Origin: Planctomycetia bacterium
GTDB taxonomy: Bacteria; Planctomycetota; Planctomycetia; Pirellulales; UBA1268
Length of the DNA stretch: 64,000 nt
Assembly: GCA_046343855.1 (NCBI GenBank)
Contig: JBKDMX010000046.1
Coordinates: forward strand, 4,483-68,482
Reading direction: 5' to 3'
Part shown: one piece after another, positions 33,676-42,541 of the stretch
Position numbering within the stretch: position 1 is the stretch's first letter
Layout: every line of letters begins with the position of its first letter
The notes under the pieces: generated by a model
What the model was told of the DNA's origin: nothing
The model's database searches: none
Seen by the model: the letters and a program-made list of their open reading frames with translations, nothing else
Translations under genes and position numbers: made by a program

Positions 33676-35535
33676 ATGCAGGACTCACGTCACCCGCCGT
33701 TCGAGAATGAGCGCGAGGCCGCGCGGTGGTGGCTCGACAACGTCTATGCCGGCGATGATGCCGTGCAGCTCACGCCGCGGGCCGTGATCAGCGGCATGCT
33801 GATCGGCGGCGTGATGTCGATCAGCAATCTCTACGTCGGCCTGAAGACCGGCTGGGGCCTGGGCGTGACGATCACGTCCTGCATCATCGCCTACGCCGTC
33901 TTCACGTTCCTCGAGCGGATCGTGCCGGCCTATCGCAACCGGCCGTTCTCGACGCTCGAAAACTACACGATGTCGAGCGCCGCGAGCGCCGCCGGCTACA
34001 TGAGCAGCGCCGGCCTCGTCTCGGCGATTCCCGCGCTCTATCTCACGACCGGCCGCACGCTCACCTGGTGGGAGATCGGCCTCTGGCTCTTCGCCCTCTC
34101 GATCCTCGGCGTCTTCATGGCGATCCCGCTCAAGCGGCAGCTGATCAACATCGACCAGCTCCCCTTCCCGTCCGGCATCGCCACCGCCGAAACGCTCAAG
34201 AGCATGCACAGCGAAGGGGGCGAGGCGGTGGCGAAGGCACGGTCGCTCTTCGCCTTCGGCATCGCGGGCGCCGCCGTCGCGGTCTGGCGCGATCTCTTCG
34301 CGCAGGTGAAATTCCTCGCCGCCTACGCCTTTCCGGCCGAGATCCCGTTTTGGCCGTCCGCCTTCGGCCGCGACCTGCTCGCGAAATACACGATCGGCAT
34401 CGAGGGCTCGCTGATCATGGTCGCCGCCGGCGCGATCATGGGCATGCGGGTGGCGGCGTCGATGCTCGTGGGCTCGATCATCTTCTACGGTGTCATCGGG
34501 CCGATCCTCGTGGATCGCGGCATCGCCCAGCCCGGCTACCGCGGGATCGTGTCGTGGGTGCTCTGGCCCTCGACGGCGATGATGGTCGCCTCGGGGCTCT
34601 TGTCATTTGGACTCAAGTGGCGGACGGTGGCCCGCGCCTTCGGCGGCCTCTCGCGGCTCTTCGGCACCACGGCGGCGGCCGACGACGACGATCCGCTCGC
34701 GCACGTCGAGGTGCCCGCGTCATGGTTCATCGTCGGCACGCTCACTGCGGGCACGGCCTGCGTGATCCTCGGCCACTATCTCTTCGGCATCACATGGTGG
34801 ATGGGCATCCTCGCGGTGCTCGTGACGTTCCTCCTCTCGATCGTCGCCGCCCGGGCCACCGGTGAGACCGACATCACGCCGATCGGTGCGATGGGGAAGA
34901 TCACGCAGCTGATCTACGGCGTTGTCGCGCCGACGAACATCACCACGAACCTGATGACCGCCTCGATCACGTCTGGCGCCGCATCGCACGCCGCCGATCT
35001 GCTCACCGATCTCAAGAGCGGCCACCTGCTCGGCGGCAATCCCCGCAAGCAGACGATCTCACAGCTCTTCGGCGTCTTGGCTGGCACGCTCGTGAGCGTG
35101 CCGGCCTATCTCTTCGTGGTGCAGCGCAACCCCGAGCGGCTCGGCTCGGAGGCGCTCCCCGCGCCGTCGGCGAAAGTGTGGGCGGGCGTGGCCGAACTGC
35201 TCGCCAAGGGCATCGACGCCCTGCCCGCCGGGGCGCTCACCGCGATCGTGGTGGGCGCCGCGATCGGGATCGCGCTGACGCTCCTCGAGGAATTCGCTCC
35301 GAAGTCGTGGCGTCCGTGGCTCCCCTCGACGACGGGCCTCGGGATCGCCGGCGTGATCCCGGCGTTCAATGCCTTCGCGATGTTCGCCGGGGCGCTCGCC
35401 GCGTGGCTCTTCGCGAAGGCGCGGCCGCAGGCGGCGGAGACCTACACCGTGCCCATCTCGAGCGGCCTCATCGCCGGCGAAAGCCTGATGGGCGTGGCGA
35501 TCATCCTCACCATCGAACTGCTGAAACTCTGGTGA
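33676..35535 (+). CDS. OPT family oligopeptide transporter
   Basis: ATG at 33676. Many TM helices. NLYVGLKTGWGLGVTITS and TGETDITPIGAMGK are typical of OPT. Confidence 0.85.
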   Translation: MQDSRHPPFENEREAARWWLDNVYAGDDAVQLTPRAVISGMLIGGVMSISNLYVGLKTGWGLGVTITSCIIAYAVFTFLERIVPAYRNRPFSTLENYTMSSAASAAGYMSSAGLVSAIPALYLTTGRTLTWWEIGLWLFALSILGVFMAIPLKRQLINIDQLPFPSGIATAETLKSMHSEGGEAVAKARSLFAFGIAGAAVAVWRDLFAQVKFLAAYAFPAEIPFWPSAFGRDLLAKYTIGIEGSLIMVAAGAIMGMRVAASMLVGSIIFYGVIGPILVDRGIAQPGYRGIVSWVLWPSTAMMVASGLLSFGLKWRTVARAFGGLSRLFGTTAAADDDDPLAHVEVPASWFIVGTLTAGTACVILGHYLFGITWWMGILAVLVTFLLSIVAARATGETDITPIGAMGKITQLIYGVVAPTNITTNLMTASITSGAASHAADLLTDLKSGHLLGGNPRKQTISQLFGVLAGTLVSVPAYLFVVQRNPERLGSEALPAPSAKVWAGVAELLAKGIDALPAGALTAIVVGAAIGIALTLLEEFAPKSWRPWLPSTTGLGIAGVIPAFNAFAMFAGALAAWLFAKARPQAAETYTVPISSGLIAGESLMGVAIILTIELLKLW

Positions 35536-35569
35536 CTCGTGCATCGAGGGTGGCGCGCCGGCTCGCGGG

Positions 35570-35633
35570 CGGCAGAAGGCTCCTCGCGTTGCCCCACGCG
35601 GACTCGGTTCAAAAGCTCGTCACGCTTCTGCCG
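35570..35633 (-). repeat. family B core, inverted orientation, diverged
   Basis: Reverse complement reads CGGCAGAAGCGTGACGAGCTTTTGAACCGAGTCCGCGTGGGGCAACGCGAGGAGCCTTCTGCCG. Confidence 0.75.
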
Positions 35634-35708
35634 ACCCGCGAGCCTACGTCATCCCTGTCGAAGAGCCGAGGCGCTGAGCAATTGAGCCGGCTTTTTTCCA
35701 CAGCGCGT

Positions 35709-36893
35709 CTACGGCCAGACGACGCCGCAGAGGATGGTGGCCGCCTGATCGACCTCGTGGAGGTCGATCCACTCGTCGGCCGTGTGGGCCTGGGCGATCG
35801 AGCCCGGTCCGAAGACGACGCTCGGCACGCCGGCCGCCGCGAAGATGCTGGCATTGGTGCCGTAGCGGGCGGCCGTGCGCCGCGTTTCGACGCCACACGC
35901 TGCCGCCGCCGCTTCGATCGCCTTCGCGCACGCAGCCGCATCGGCCTCCGGCAGACCGGCGCTCTCCACGAATGGCGGTTCGTGCTCGATCCGCGCTCCC
36001 GGGGCGGCCGTGGCGATCCGGCGGATCACCTCGTCGCGGGCCTCGCTCGGCGACTCGCCCGGCACGATCCGGCGGTCGATCTCGAGCACGACGAGGTCGG
36101 GCACGAGGTTCACGCCCGTGCCGCCGCGGATGGTGCCCAGGCTCAGCGTGGGCGGGCCGCACGGCTGCTCGGGCCGGCGCCGCAGCAATTCCCGCGCGAG
36201 TTCCTCGATCGCGAGGATCACGCGGCCTGACGGATAGATCGCGTTTTCTCCCTGCTCGGGGAAGGCGCTGTGGCAGGCCCGCCCATGGATGCGGATTCGC
36301 CAGCGGACGGCGCCCTTGTGCTGCGTGACGATGTCGAGATCGGTCGGCTCGGCGACGATCGCAGCCGACGGCCGTGCCTTCACGAGCCCGCCGGCGGGTT
36401 GGCCGGCGTCTGGCGTCGTCCAGAGCTTCGCGAGCGCCTTCGCGCCCGAGAAGCCAAACTCCTCGTTCACCGTCGCCGAGAAGATCACCGTCTTCCTGCG
36501 CGGCTTGGTCGAGGCCCGCAGCCGGTCGAGCGCCACGAGCATCGCCGCCATGCCCCCCTTCACGTCGCAGGATCCGCGGCCATAGAGCCGGCCGTCGCGG
36601 ACCAAGGGCGCAAAAGGCTCGATCGTCATGCCGCCGGCAGGCACCGTGTCTTGATGGGCGTCCCAGAGGATCACCGGGGCCTTGGCGACCGTCGCTTCGA
36701 GACGCGCGATCACGTTGTCGCGGCCGGGGGCGACGTGCTGCCGCGCCCAGGGAATGCCCGCCGCGGAGAACCGTTGCACGAGGTAGTCGGTGACGCGGCC
36801 CTCGAGATACTCGGGGCCGGAGACATCGCGGCCCATCGGGTTGACGCTCGGACGGCGAACGAGATCGGCGAGAGTGGCGACGTGGTCTGACAT
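35709..36893 (-). CDS. M20 family metallopeptidase (ArgE/DapE-like deacylase)
   Basis: ATG at 36893 (the track start at 36902 is GTG). ILWDAHQDTVP, GRGSCDVKGG, NEEFGFSG, GTNAS. Confidence 0.8.
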   Translation of the reverse strand: MSDHVATLADLVRRPSVNPMGRDVSGPEYLEGRVTDYLVQRFSAAGIPWARQHVAPGRDNVIARLEATVAKAPVILWDAHQDTVPAGGMTIEPFAPLVRDGRLYGRGSCDVKGGMAAMLVALDRLRASTKPRRKTVIFSATVNEEFGFSGAKALAKLWTTPDAGQPAGGLVKARPSAAIVAEPTDLDIVTQHKGAVRWRIRIHGRACHSAFPEQGENAIYPSGRVILAIEELARELLRRRPEQPCGPPTLSLGTIRGGTGVNLVPDLVVLEIDRRIVPGESPSEARDEVIRRIATAAPGARIEHEPPFVESAGLPEADAAACAKAIEAAAAACGVETRRTAARYGTNASIFAAAGVPSVVFGPGSIAQAHTADEWIDLHEVDQAATILCGVVWP

Positions 36894-37033
36894 CGCAAAC
36901 ACCCTACCAAACCGGGGCGTTTCTTTCCCGCCGCACCGGGTGCGTGATACGATTTGCCGGTCGCGGGGTCGTGTCGCCGCCGAGGCGATGCAATCGACGG
37001 CGTTTCACTTCGCAGTTCCGGCAAAGGTGCTTC

Positions 37034-37984
37034 ATGACTCGAACATTCGTCGGCGTCGCGGCGCCGCTCGTGATGATGGTGATCGCGATCGTCGCGGCCG
37101 CCCCCGCCCGCGGGCAGACCTCCGAAGACGAGCGGGCCATCCGCACCGCAGGCGTTGCCTATCAGCAGGCGCTCGAGCGCGGGGACGGCAAGGCGGTCGC
37201 CGAATTCTGGACGGCCGACGGCGACATCGTCGATGACGTCGGCAACGTGATGAAGGGCCGCGAGACGGCGTCGCTGGCGGTCGCGCCGGAGCCGGGCTCG
37301 CCGCGGCCCGAATTGAAACTCCGAGACACGAGCCTGCGGTTTCTCGCTCCGGGCGTGGCGCTCGAGGATGGCGTGATCGAGGTGAAGGCGCCGGGCGCTG
37401 CCGTGCCGACGACCGGCCGCTTTTCGGCCACATGGGTGAAGCAGGGCGATGGCTGGAAGATCGCGAGCCTACGTGAGGCCCGGCTCGGCGCCGCGGGCGG
37501 ACAGGAGCAGTTGGCCGATCTCGACTGGATGGTGGGAGATTGGAACGTCATCGACAACGCGCCCGCAAAGCAGGGCGCCCGGAAGCCAACGATCGAGGTG
37601 TCCGTGCGCTGGAACGCCAACCGTACCTACCTGCTCCGCGACATGAAGATCACGCCTCCGGCCGGACCGGGCGCGGAACCGGCCGCCCCGATGCACGTCA
37701 CGCAGCGGATCGGCTGGGATCCGCTTTTGCGGCAGATCCGCTCCTGGGTGTTCAGCAGCGACGGCGGGCACGGTGAGGCCTTCTGGAGCCGCGATGGCGG
37801 CTCGTGGCTCGCCCGCACGACGGCCGTGCTTCCAGACGGATCGCAGACGGCGTCGCTCAACGTCTACAACTACGATGGCAAGGACCGCTGCACGTGGCAG
37901 TCGATCCACACGCACGCCGGCAGCGAACACGCGCCGCCGGTCAACATGACGATGATCCGCAAGCCGGGGAGGCCGACGAAATGA
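37034..37984 (+). CDS. secreted tandem SnoaL/DUF4440-like (NTF2 fold) protein
   Basis: ATG at 37034, signal peptide. Two NTF2-like halves (AIRTAGVAYQQALERGDGKAVAEFWTADGD; LDWMVGDWNV...). Confidence 0.6.
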   Translation: MTRTFVGVAAPLVMMVIAIVAAAPARGQTSEDERAIRTAGVAYQQALERGDGKAVAEFWTADGDIVDDVGNVMKGRETASLAVAPEPGSPRPELKLRDTSLRFLAPGVALEDGVIEVKAPGAAVPTTGRFSATWVKQGDGWKIASLREARLGAAGGQEQLADLDWMVGDWNVIDNAPAKQGARKPTIEVSVRWNANRTYLLRDMKITPPAGPGAEPAAPMHVTQRIGWDPLLRQIRSWVFSSDGGHGEAFWSRDGGSWLARTTAVLPDGSQTASLNVYNYDGKDRCTWQSIHTHAGSEHAPPVNMTMIRKPGRPTK

Positions 37985-38727
37985 TGTCTCGCGTCTGTGC
38001 CACGCACTGCAACCTCCTCGCGGTTTCGGCGATCGCCGCAATCCTCGCGGCCGCCCCCGCTGCGGCGCAGCCCGCCGCCGACGCCAAAAACGACTCCGCT
38101 GCCACCGACGACATCGCCCAGAAGGCGGAGATCCTCCGCAGTTCGCGGTGGCGGCGGGCCATCTTCGAACTCGGCGAGTGGCTCGACACGCAGGAGATCT
38201 ACCCACCCAAGCAGGTGTTGAAGATCAAGTCGGACTTCAATCGCCGCGTTGCGAAGATGTCGTCCTACGAACTTGAATACCTGCTCGAAGACCTCGAGGC
38301 GAAATTCAAGGTGATCGATTCACCTGAGGCGAAGGATGCCCGCGCCTGGGTCGGGCAATACCTCTCGGCGATGTCGGATCGCAAGCGCGAGGAGGTTCTG
38401 AAAGACATCCCCGACATCGTGACGATGTCTTCGGGCCAGCTCTCCCAGGAGATCCAGAAGATCGAGGAGAAGCGTCGGTCGCTCCAGCAGCAGCAGGCGG
38501 CCTTCGATCAGGGCCGCCAGGCGCTCGCCGAGCAGGCGCAGACGGCGCGGCAGCAGACCGCGATGGCCGCCGCGCGGTCGGCGGCGCAGGCGAGCGGCCC
38601 GGCCTACTCCCCCTATCGCAGCCAGGGAGGCGGCAAGCCCCCCTTCTCCGACGTGCACGGCTCCGGCATGTCGATCGGCGTCGGTCCGTTCGGCGCCTAC
38701 GTGGGCTTCAACGTCGGCAACTTTTAG
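37981..38727 (+). CDS. secreted coiled-coil hypothetical protein
   Basis: ATG at 37981 overlaps the upstream stop (ATGA). Signal peptide, Gln-rich coiled segment, Gly-rich C-terminus. Confidence 0.55.
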   Translation: MMSRVCATHCNLLAVSAIAAILAAAPAAAQPAADAKNDSAATDDIAQKAEILRSSRWRRAIFELGEWLDTQEIYPPKQVLKIKSDFNRRVAKMSSYELEYLLEDLEAKFKVIDSPEAKDARAWVGQYLSAMSDRKREEVLKDIPDIVTMSSGQLSQEIQKIEEKRRSLQQQQAAFDQGRQALAEQAQTARQQTAMAAARSAAQASGPAYSPYRSQGGGKPPFSDVHGSGMSIGVGPFGAYVGFNVGNF

Positions 38728-38739
38728 GACGCTTCCGAC

Positions 38740-38821
38740 AAAAGGTGTCAGGACTCTTTTCCCGACGCCGTTCTGTGGAAAACGGGACCGTTTGGACCGG
38801 AAAAGAGTCCTGACACCTTTT
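38740..38821. repeat. family E long hairpin (23-bp perfect arms, 36-nt loop)
   Basis: AAAAGGTGTCAGGACTCTTTTCC ... GGAAAAGAGTCCTGACACCTTTT. The arms are shared with 25883-25968 and the loops are unrelated. Confidence 0.9.
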
Positions 38822-38883
38822 TAAATGGCCCGCCTCGTCGGCCGCGGCCCCGGGCTGTATAACTCTTACGGTTATGACGGCTG

Positions 38884-38914
38884 GCCGGCGGTCCCTTCGG
38901 GCCCCGGCTTTTTT
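38884..38914 (+). terminator. GC-rich hairpin plus T6, upstream of nuoA
   Basis: GCCGGcGGtCCC-TTC-GGGCCCCGGC (10 bp with two single-nt bulges, 3-nt loop) followed by TTTTTT. Confidence 0.45.
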
Positions 38915-38923
38915 GGGCGTCGA

Positions 38924-38945
38924 CTTCGTGACGAATTTCACGAAG
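38924..38945. promoter_or_regulatory. inverted repeat CTTCGTGA-N6-TCACGAAG upstream of nuoA (CRP/FNR- or Rex-type geometry)
   Basis: Perfect 8-bp arms. The GTGA-N6-TCAC core lies between terminator 38884-38914 and the nuoA ATG at 39011. Confidence 0.35.
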
Positions 38946-39010
38946 TGGCGTCCCACGGCCGATTTTCAGAGGTGACCGGACCCGCTGACCGTTTCCGCCA
39001 GGCAACGCCC

Positions 39011-39406
39011 ATGGACGCCATCCTCCCCGTGCTGCTCTTCGTCGCCATCGCGGCGGCGGTGTCGGTGGGTCTGGTGGGATTCGCGCAGCTCGTCGGCCCC
39101 AAACGGTCGAGCGCCGTGAAGGAGATGCCCTACGAGAGCGGCATGGACCCGATTCACGACACGCGGCGGCGGTTCGACGTGCGGTTTCACCTCGTGGCGC
39201 TCACGTTCCTCGTCTTCGACGTCGAACTGCTCTTCCTCTATCCCTGGGCGGTGGCCAGCCGCTCGGCCGCCGGCATCGATGCCGCGGTCGCGGGCGGCCT
39301 TGTTTCGTCGCGGCTGCTCGTCTTCGCCGGGGCCATGCTCTTCATCGCGATGGTGGTGATCGGGTTCGCCTACGACTGGCGGAAGGGGGTCTTCAAATGG
39401 CGGTAG
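39011..39406 (+). CDS. nuoA: NADH-quinone oxidoreductase subunit A
   Basis: ATG at 39011. PYESGMDP...RF.VRF...[16 protein letters not shown]. Confidence 0.9.
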   Translation: MDAILPVLLFVAIAAAVSVGLVGFAQLVGPKRSSAVKEMPYESGMDPIHDTRRRFDVRFHLVALTFLVFDVELLFLYPWAVASRSAAGIDAAVAGGLVSSRLLVFAGAMLFIAMVVIGFAYDWRKGVFKWR

Positions 39407-40014
39407 GACAGTCCCAGAAGCTGGAACTTCCGGAAAACGTCGTCGTCAGCAAGCTCGACGAACTGGCGAACTGGTGCCGCAAAAACAGCCTTTGGCCGAT
39501 GCCTTTCGCAACGGCCTGCTGCGGCATCGAGCTGATGGCCACCGGCGCGAGCAAGCATGACCTGGCGCGATTCGGCGCCGAGGTCTTCCGCTTCAGCCCG
39601 CGGCAGTGTGACCTGATGATCGTCGCCGGCCGCGTGGTAATGAAGATGCTGCCGGTGCTGCAGCGAATCTGGCTGCAGATGCACGAGCCGAAGTGGTGCA
39701 TCTCCATGGGCGCCTGTGCGAGCACGGGTGGCGTGTTCGACACCTACGCCGTCGTGCAAGGGATCGACCGCTTCATCCCGGTCGACATGTACGTGCCGGG
39801 CTGCCCGCCGCGGCCGGAGCAGCTCATCCAGGCCATCATCGACCTGCAGGACAAGATCCAGCGCGAGGGCACGATCACCGGCCGCGAGTTCGACACCGCG
39901 GAGCGGCAGCGGCGGAAGCGGGCGCTCGTCGAGCAGTCCTTGCCGCTCACGATCGATGCCTCCCGCAACCCCGTCATCCAGCGCGAACTCGCCGACACCA
40001 TCCAGCACGGCTGA
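39397..40014 (+). CDS. nuoB: NADH-quinone oxidoreductase subunit B
   Basis: [31 protein letters not shown]. Confidence 0.95.
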   Translation: MAVGQSQKLELPENVVVSKLDELANWCRKNSLWPMPFATACCGIELMATGASKHDLARFGAEVFRFSPRQCDLMIVAGRVVMKMLPVLQRIWLQMHEPKWCISMGACASTGGVFDTYAVVQGIDRFIPVDMYVPGCPPRPEQLIQAIIDLQDKIQREGTITGREFDTAERQRRKRALVEQSLPLTIDASRNPVIQRELADTIQHG

Positions 40015-40034
40015 CGCCGTCGTTTCCCCCCGCC

Positions 40035-40544
40035 ATGCCCCACCAGCCCACCCCCGTCGACGACGTCCTCGCCGCCCTCGCGGCGAAGTTCGGCCCGCTC
40101 GAGACATCCGTGTTTCGCGATGAAACGCGGGTCGTCGTGCCGGAGCCGAAGTCGTTCGCAGTGTTCGAGTTTCTGAAGGCGGGCGGCTTCGACCTGCTCA
40201 TCGACGTCAGCTGCGTCGACTACCTCGAATACAAGGGGGCGAAGCATCGCTACGGGCTCGTCTACCTGCTCGCCTCGACGACCACCAACCAGCGGCTCAC
40301 CATTCGCGTCTTCGTCGACGATCCCGACCCGAGCGTCCGCAGCGTCGTGCCGCTCTGGGAGGGCGCCAACTGGCTCGAACGCGAGGTCTGGGACCTCTTC
40401 GGCATCCGCTTCGAAGGCCACCCCGATCTGCGCCGGCTGGTGATGCCGGAGCAGTTCACCGCCCATCCGCTCCGCAAGGACTACCCGCTGCAAGGCCGCG
40501 GCGAACGCCACAACTTCCCCGTGCTCACGAGAGACGACGGCTGA
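40035..40544 (+). CDS. nuoC: NADH-quinone oxidoreductase subunit C
   Basis: ATG at 40035. WEGANWLEREVWDLFGIRFEGHPDLRRL. Confidence 0.92.
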   Translation: MPHQPTPVDDVLAALAAKFGPLETSVFRDETRVVVPEPKSFAVFEFLKAGGFDLLIDVSCVDYLEYKGAKHRYGLVYLLASTTTNQRLTIRVFVDDPDPSVRSVVPLWEGANWLEREVWDLFGIRFEGHPDLRRLVMPEQFTAHPLRKDYPLQGRGERHNFPVLTRDDG

Positions 40545-40554
40545 ACACTACCTC

Positions 40555-40576
40555 GACAGGCTGAAGCCTGTCCTAC
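40555..40576. repeat. family D hairpin (loop TGAA) in nuoC-nuoD spacer
   Basis: GACAGGCTGAAGCCTGTCCTAC, identical to 20544-20565. Confidence 0.85.
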
Positions 40577-40578
40577 TT

Positions 40579-41814
40579 ATGGCAATCGCGACCAACGATT
40601 TTGATTCCGCAACCGGCGCCCCAGACGGCGCGCGCAGCGAAGACTATCTCTGGACGCTGAACTTCGGGCCGCAGCACCCCGCGACCCACACGACGCTCCG
40701 GCTCGTGCTCAAGCTCGAGGGAGAGCGGGTCGTCGACGCCATGCCGGAGATGGGCTACCTGCACTCCGGATTCGAGAAGATCGGCGAGCACCTCACGTTC
40801 AACCAATACGTGACGGTCACCGACCGGATGAACTACATCTCGCCGATGGCCAACAACGTGGCCTGGCACCATGCGGTCGAGAAGCTCCTGGGCATCGAGC
40901 TCACGCCGCGCTGCAAATACATCCGCACGATCATCACCGAGCTCGCGCGGATCAGCGACCACCTGCTCTGCAATGGCGCCGTCGGCCTTGACACCGGCGC
41001 CTTCACGTTCTTTCTGTACGCCTTCTATCAGCGCGAGGTGATCTACGACATCTTCGAGACGCTCTGCGGCGCCCGCTTTACGAATTCCTACACGCGGGTG
41101 GGCGGGGTCTCGCAGGATTTCACGCCGCTGGTGATCGAGAAGATCCGCACGTTCGTGAAGACCTTCCCGAAGACACTCGACGACATGGAGCGGCTGCTCA
41201 CGCGCAACCGCATCTTCGTCGATCGCACGAAGGGCGTGGGCGTGCTCACCAAAGACGAGGCGATCAATCGGAGCGCGTCCGGCCCGGTCGCCCGCGCCAG
41301 CGGCGTCACCCGCGATCTGCGGAAAGACGAGCCCTACCTCGCCTACGAAGACTTCCAGTTCCAGATCTGCTGTGCCTCGGCCGGCGACTGCTACGCCCGC
41401 TACCTCGTGCGGATGCAGGAGATGCGGGAGAGCCTGAAGATCGTCACGCAGGCGCTCGAAAACCTCCCCTCCGGGGCGGTGAACGTGGGCATCGACCAGC
41501 GGACGGCGCTGCCGACGAAGAAGCAGGTCTACTCGACGATCGAGGGCACGATCTCGCACTTCGAGCTCTCGATGAGCAATCGCGGTTTCGAGGTGCCAAA
41601 CGAGGAGGCCTACGGCGCGATCGAGGCTCCCAACGGCGAGCTCGGCTTCTACATCGTGGGCGACGGCAACGAAACGGCCTACCGCGCCCGCTGCCGCCCC
41701 CCCTCCGTGCTCCACTTCGCGCTCTTCCCCCACCTGATCCGCGGCCACACGCTGTCCGACGTGGTGGCGGTGCTCGGCAGCCTCAACATCATCGCCGCGG
41801 AGCTCGACCGATGA
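40579..41814 (+). CDS. nuoD: NADH-quinone oxidoreductase subunit D
   Basis: LNFGPQHPATHTTLRL, GYLHSGFEK, APNGELGFY. Confidence 0.95.
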   Translation: MAIATNDFDSATGAPDGARSEDYLWTLNFGPQHPATHTTLRLVLKLEGERVVDAMPEMGYLHSGFEKIGEHLTFNQYVTVTDRMNYISPMANNVAWHHAVEKLLGIELTPRCKYIRTIITELARISDHLLCNGAVGLDTGAFTFFLYAFYQREVIYDIFETLCGARFTNSYTRVGGVSQDFTPLVIEKIRTFVKTFPKTLDDMERLLTRNRIFVDRTKGVGVLTKDEAINRSASGPVARASGVTRDLRKDEPYLAYEDFQFQICCASAGDCYARYLVRMQEMRESLKIVTQALENLPSGAVNVGIDQRTALPTKKQVYSTIEGTISHFELSMSNRGFEVPNEEAYGAIEAPNGELGFYIVGDGNETAYRARCRPPSVLHFALFPHLIRGHTLSDVVAVLGSLNIIAAELDR

Positions 41815-41859
41815 TAAACCCGGCCAAACCGGCCAAACTGGCGAACTCAACGACGAGGA

Positions 41860-41998
41860 GGACGGGGCTGCCCGTATCGTCGAGCCGGCGTTGCCGTCCA
41901 GCGCAGGCAGGATGCCGGAGCGCAGACGGCATCGAGCGAGCGAAGGGCAGGATGCCCGAAGCGAGCGTCCGAGCGAGGCGGTACGGGCAGCCCCGTCC
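41860..41998 (+). repeat. family A element, copy 3 (nuoD-nuoE spacer)
   Basis: 20-bp termini GGACGGGGCTGCCCGTATCG / CGGTACGGGCAGCCCCGTCC (1 mismatch). Same internal modules. Confidence 0.85.
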
Positions 41999-42042
41999 GG
42001 AGCCAACCACATGAGAAGGTTTTCGGAGACTTCGCACGAAGC

Positions 42043-42540
42043 ATGATCGCCCCCAAACAAATCCTCACCGACGAGATGGTGGCCAAGATCGAGGCGCTCG
42101 CGCCGCGGTATCCCAACCGCCGCGCCCTCACGCTTCCGGCGCTCCACATCGTCAATGCCGAGCTGCGGCACGTGCCGATGGAGGCGGTGGTCGAGATCGC
42201 CGCGGTGCTGGGGCTCGCGCCGGCGGAGGTGCAAGACACGCTCACCTTCTACCAGTTCTTCCACCAGGAGAAGCCGCACGGCACGGTGCGGGCCTTCGTC
42301 TGCCGGTCGGTCTCGTGTGCGCTTCGCGGCGGCGACCACCTGCTCGAGCACCTCTGCCATAAAAACGGCATCAAGCCCTACGGCACCACGCCCGACGGCG
42401 AACTGACGATCGAGCCGGCCGAGTGCCTGGGGGCCTGCGACTTCGCCCCCTGCATCCTCGCCAACGACGACCTGCTCAAGAACATGACGCCCGAGGCCGC
42501 CGAGGCCGAGCTCAAGAAACCCCGTGCGAGGGCCACCTGA
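42043..42540 (+). CDS. nuoE: NADH-quinone oxidoreductase subunit E
   Basis: Thioredoxin-like 2Fe-2S subunit. CRSVSCALRG ... ECLGACDFAP. Confidence 0.92.
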   Translation: MIAPKQILTDEMVAKIEALAPRYPNRRALTLPALHIVNAELRHVPMEAVVEIAAVLGLAPAEVQDTLTFYQFFHQEKPHGTVRAFVCRSVSCALRGGDHLLEHLCHKNGIKPYGTTPDGELTIEPAECLGACDFAPCILANDDLLKNMTPEAAEAELKKPRARAT

Positions 42541-42541
42541 C

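Noticed and set aside
39401-39411. nuoA ends CGG TAG GAC AG, the same words as the family D hairpin terminus.
   Set aside because: No complementary arm follows, because the sequence continues as nuoB coding. This could be a remnant or a coincidence and was not counted as a copy.
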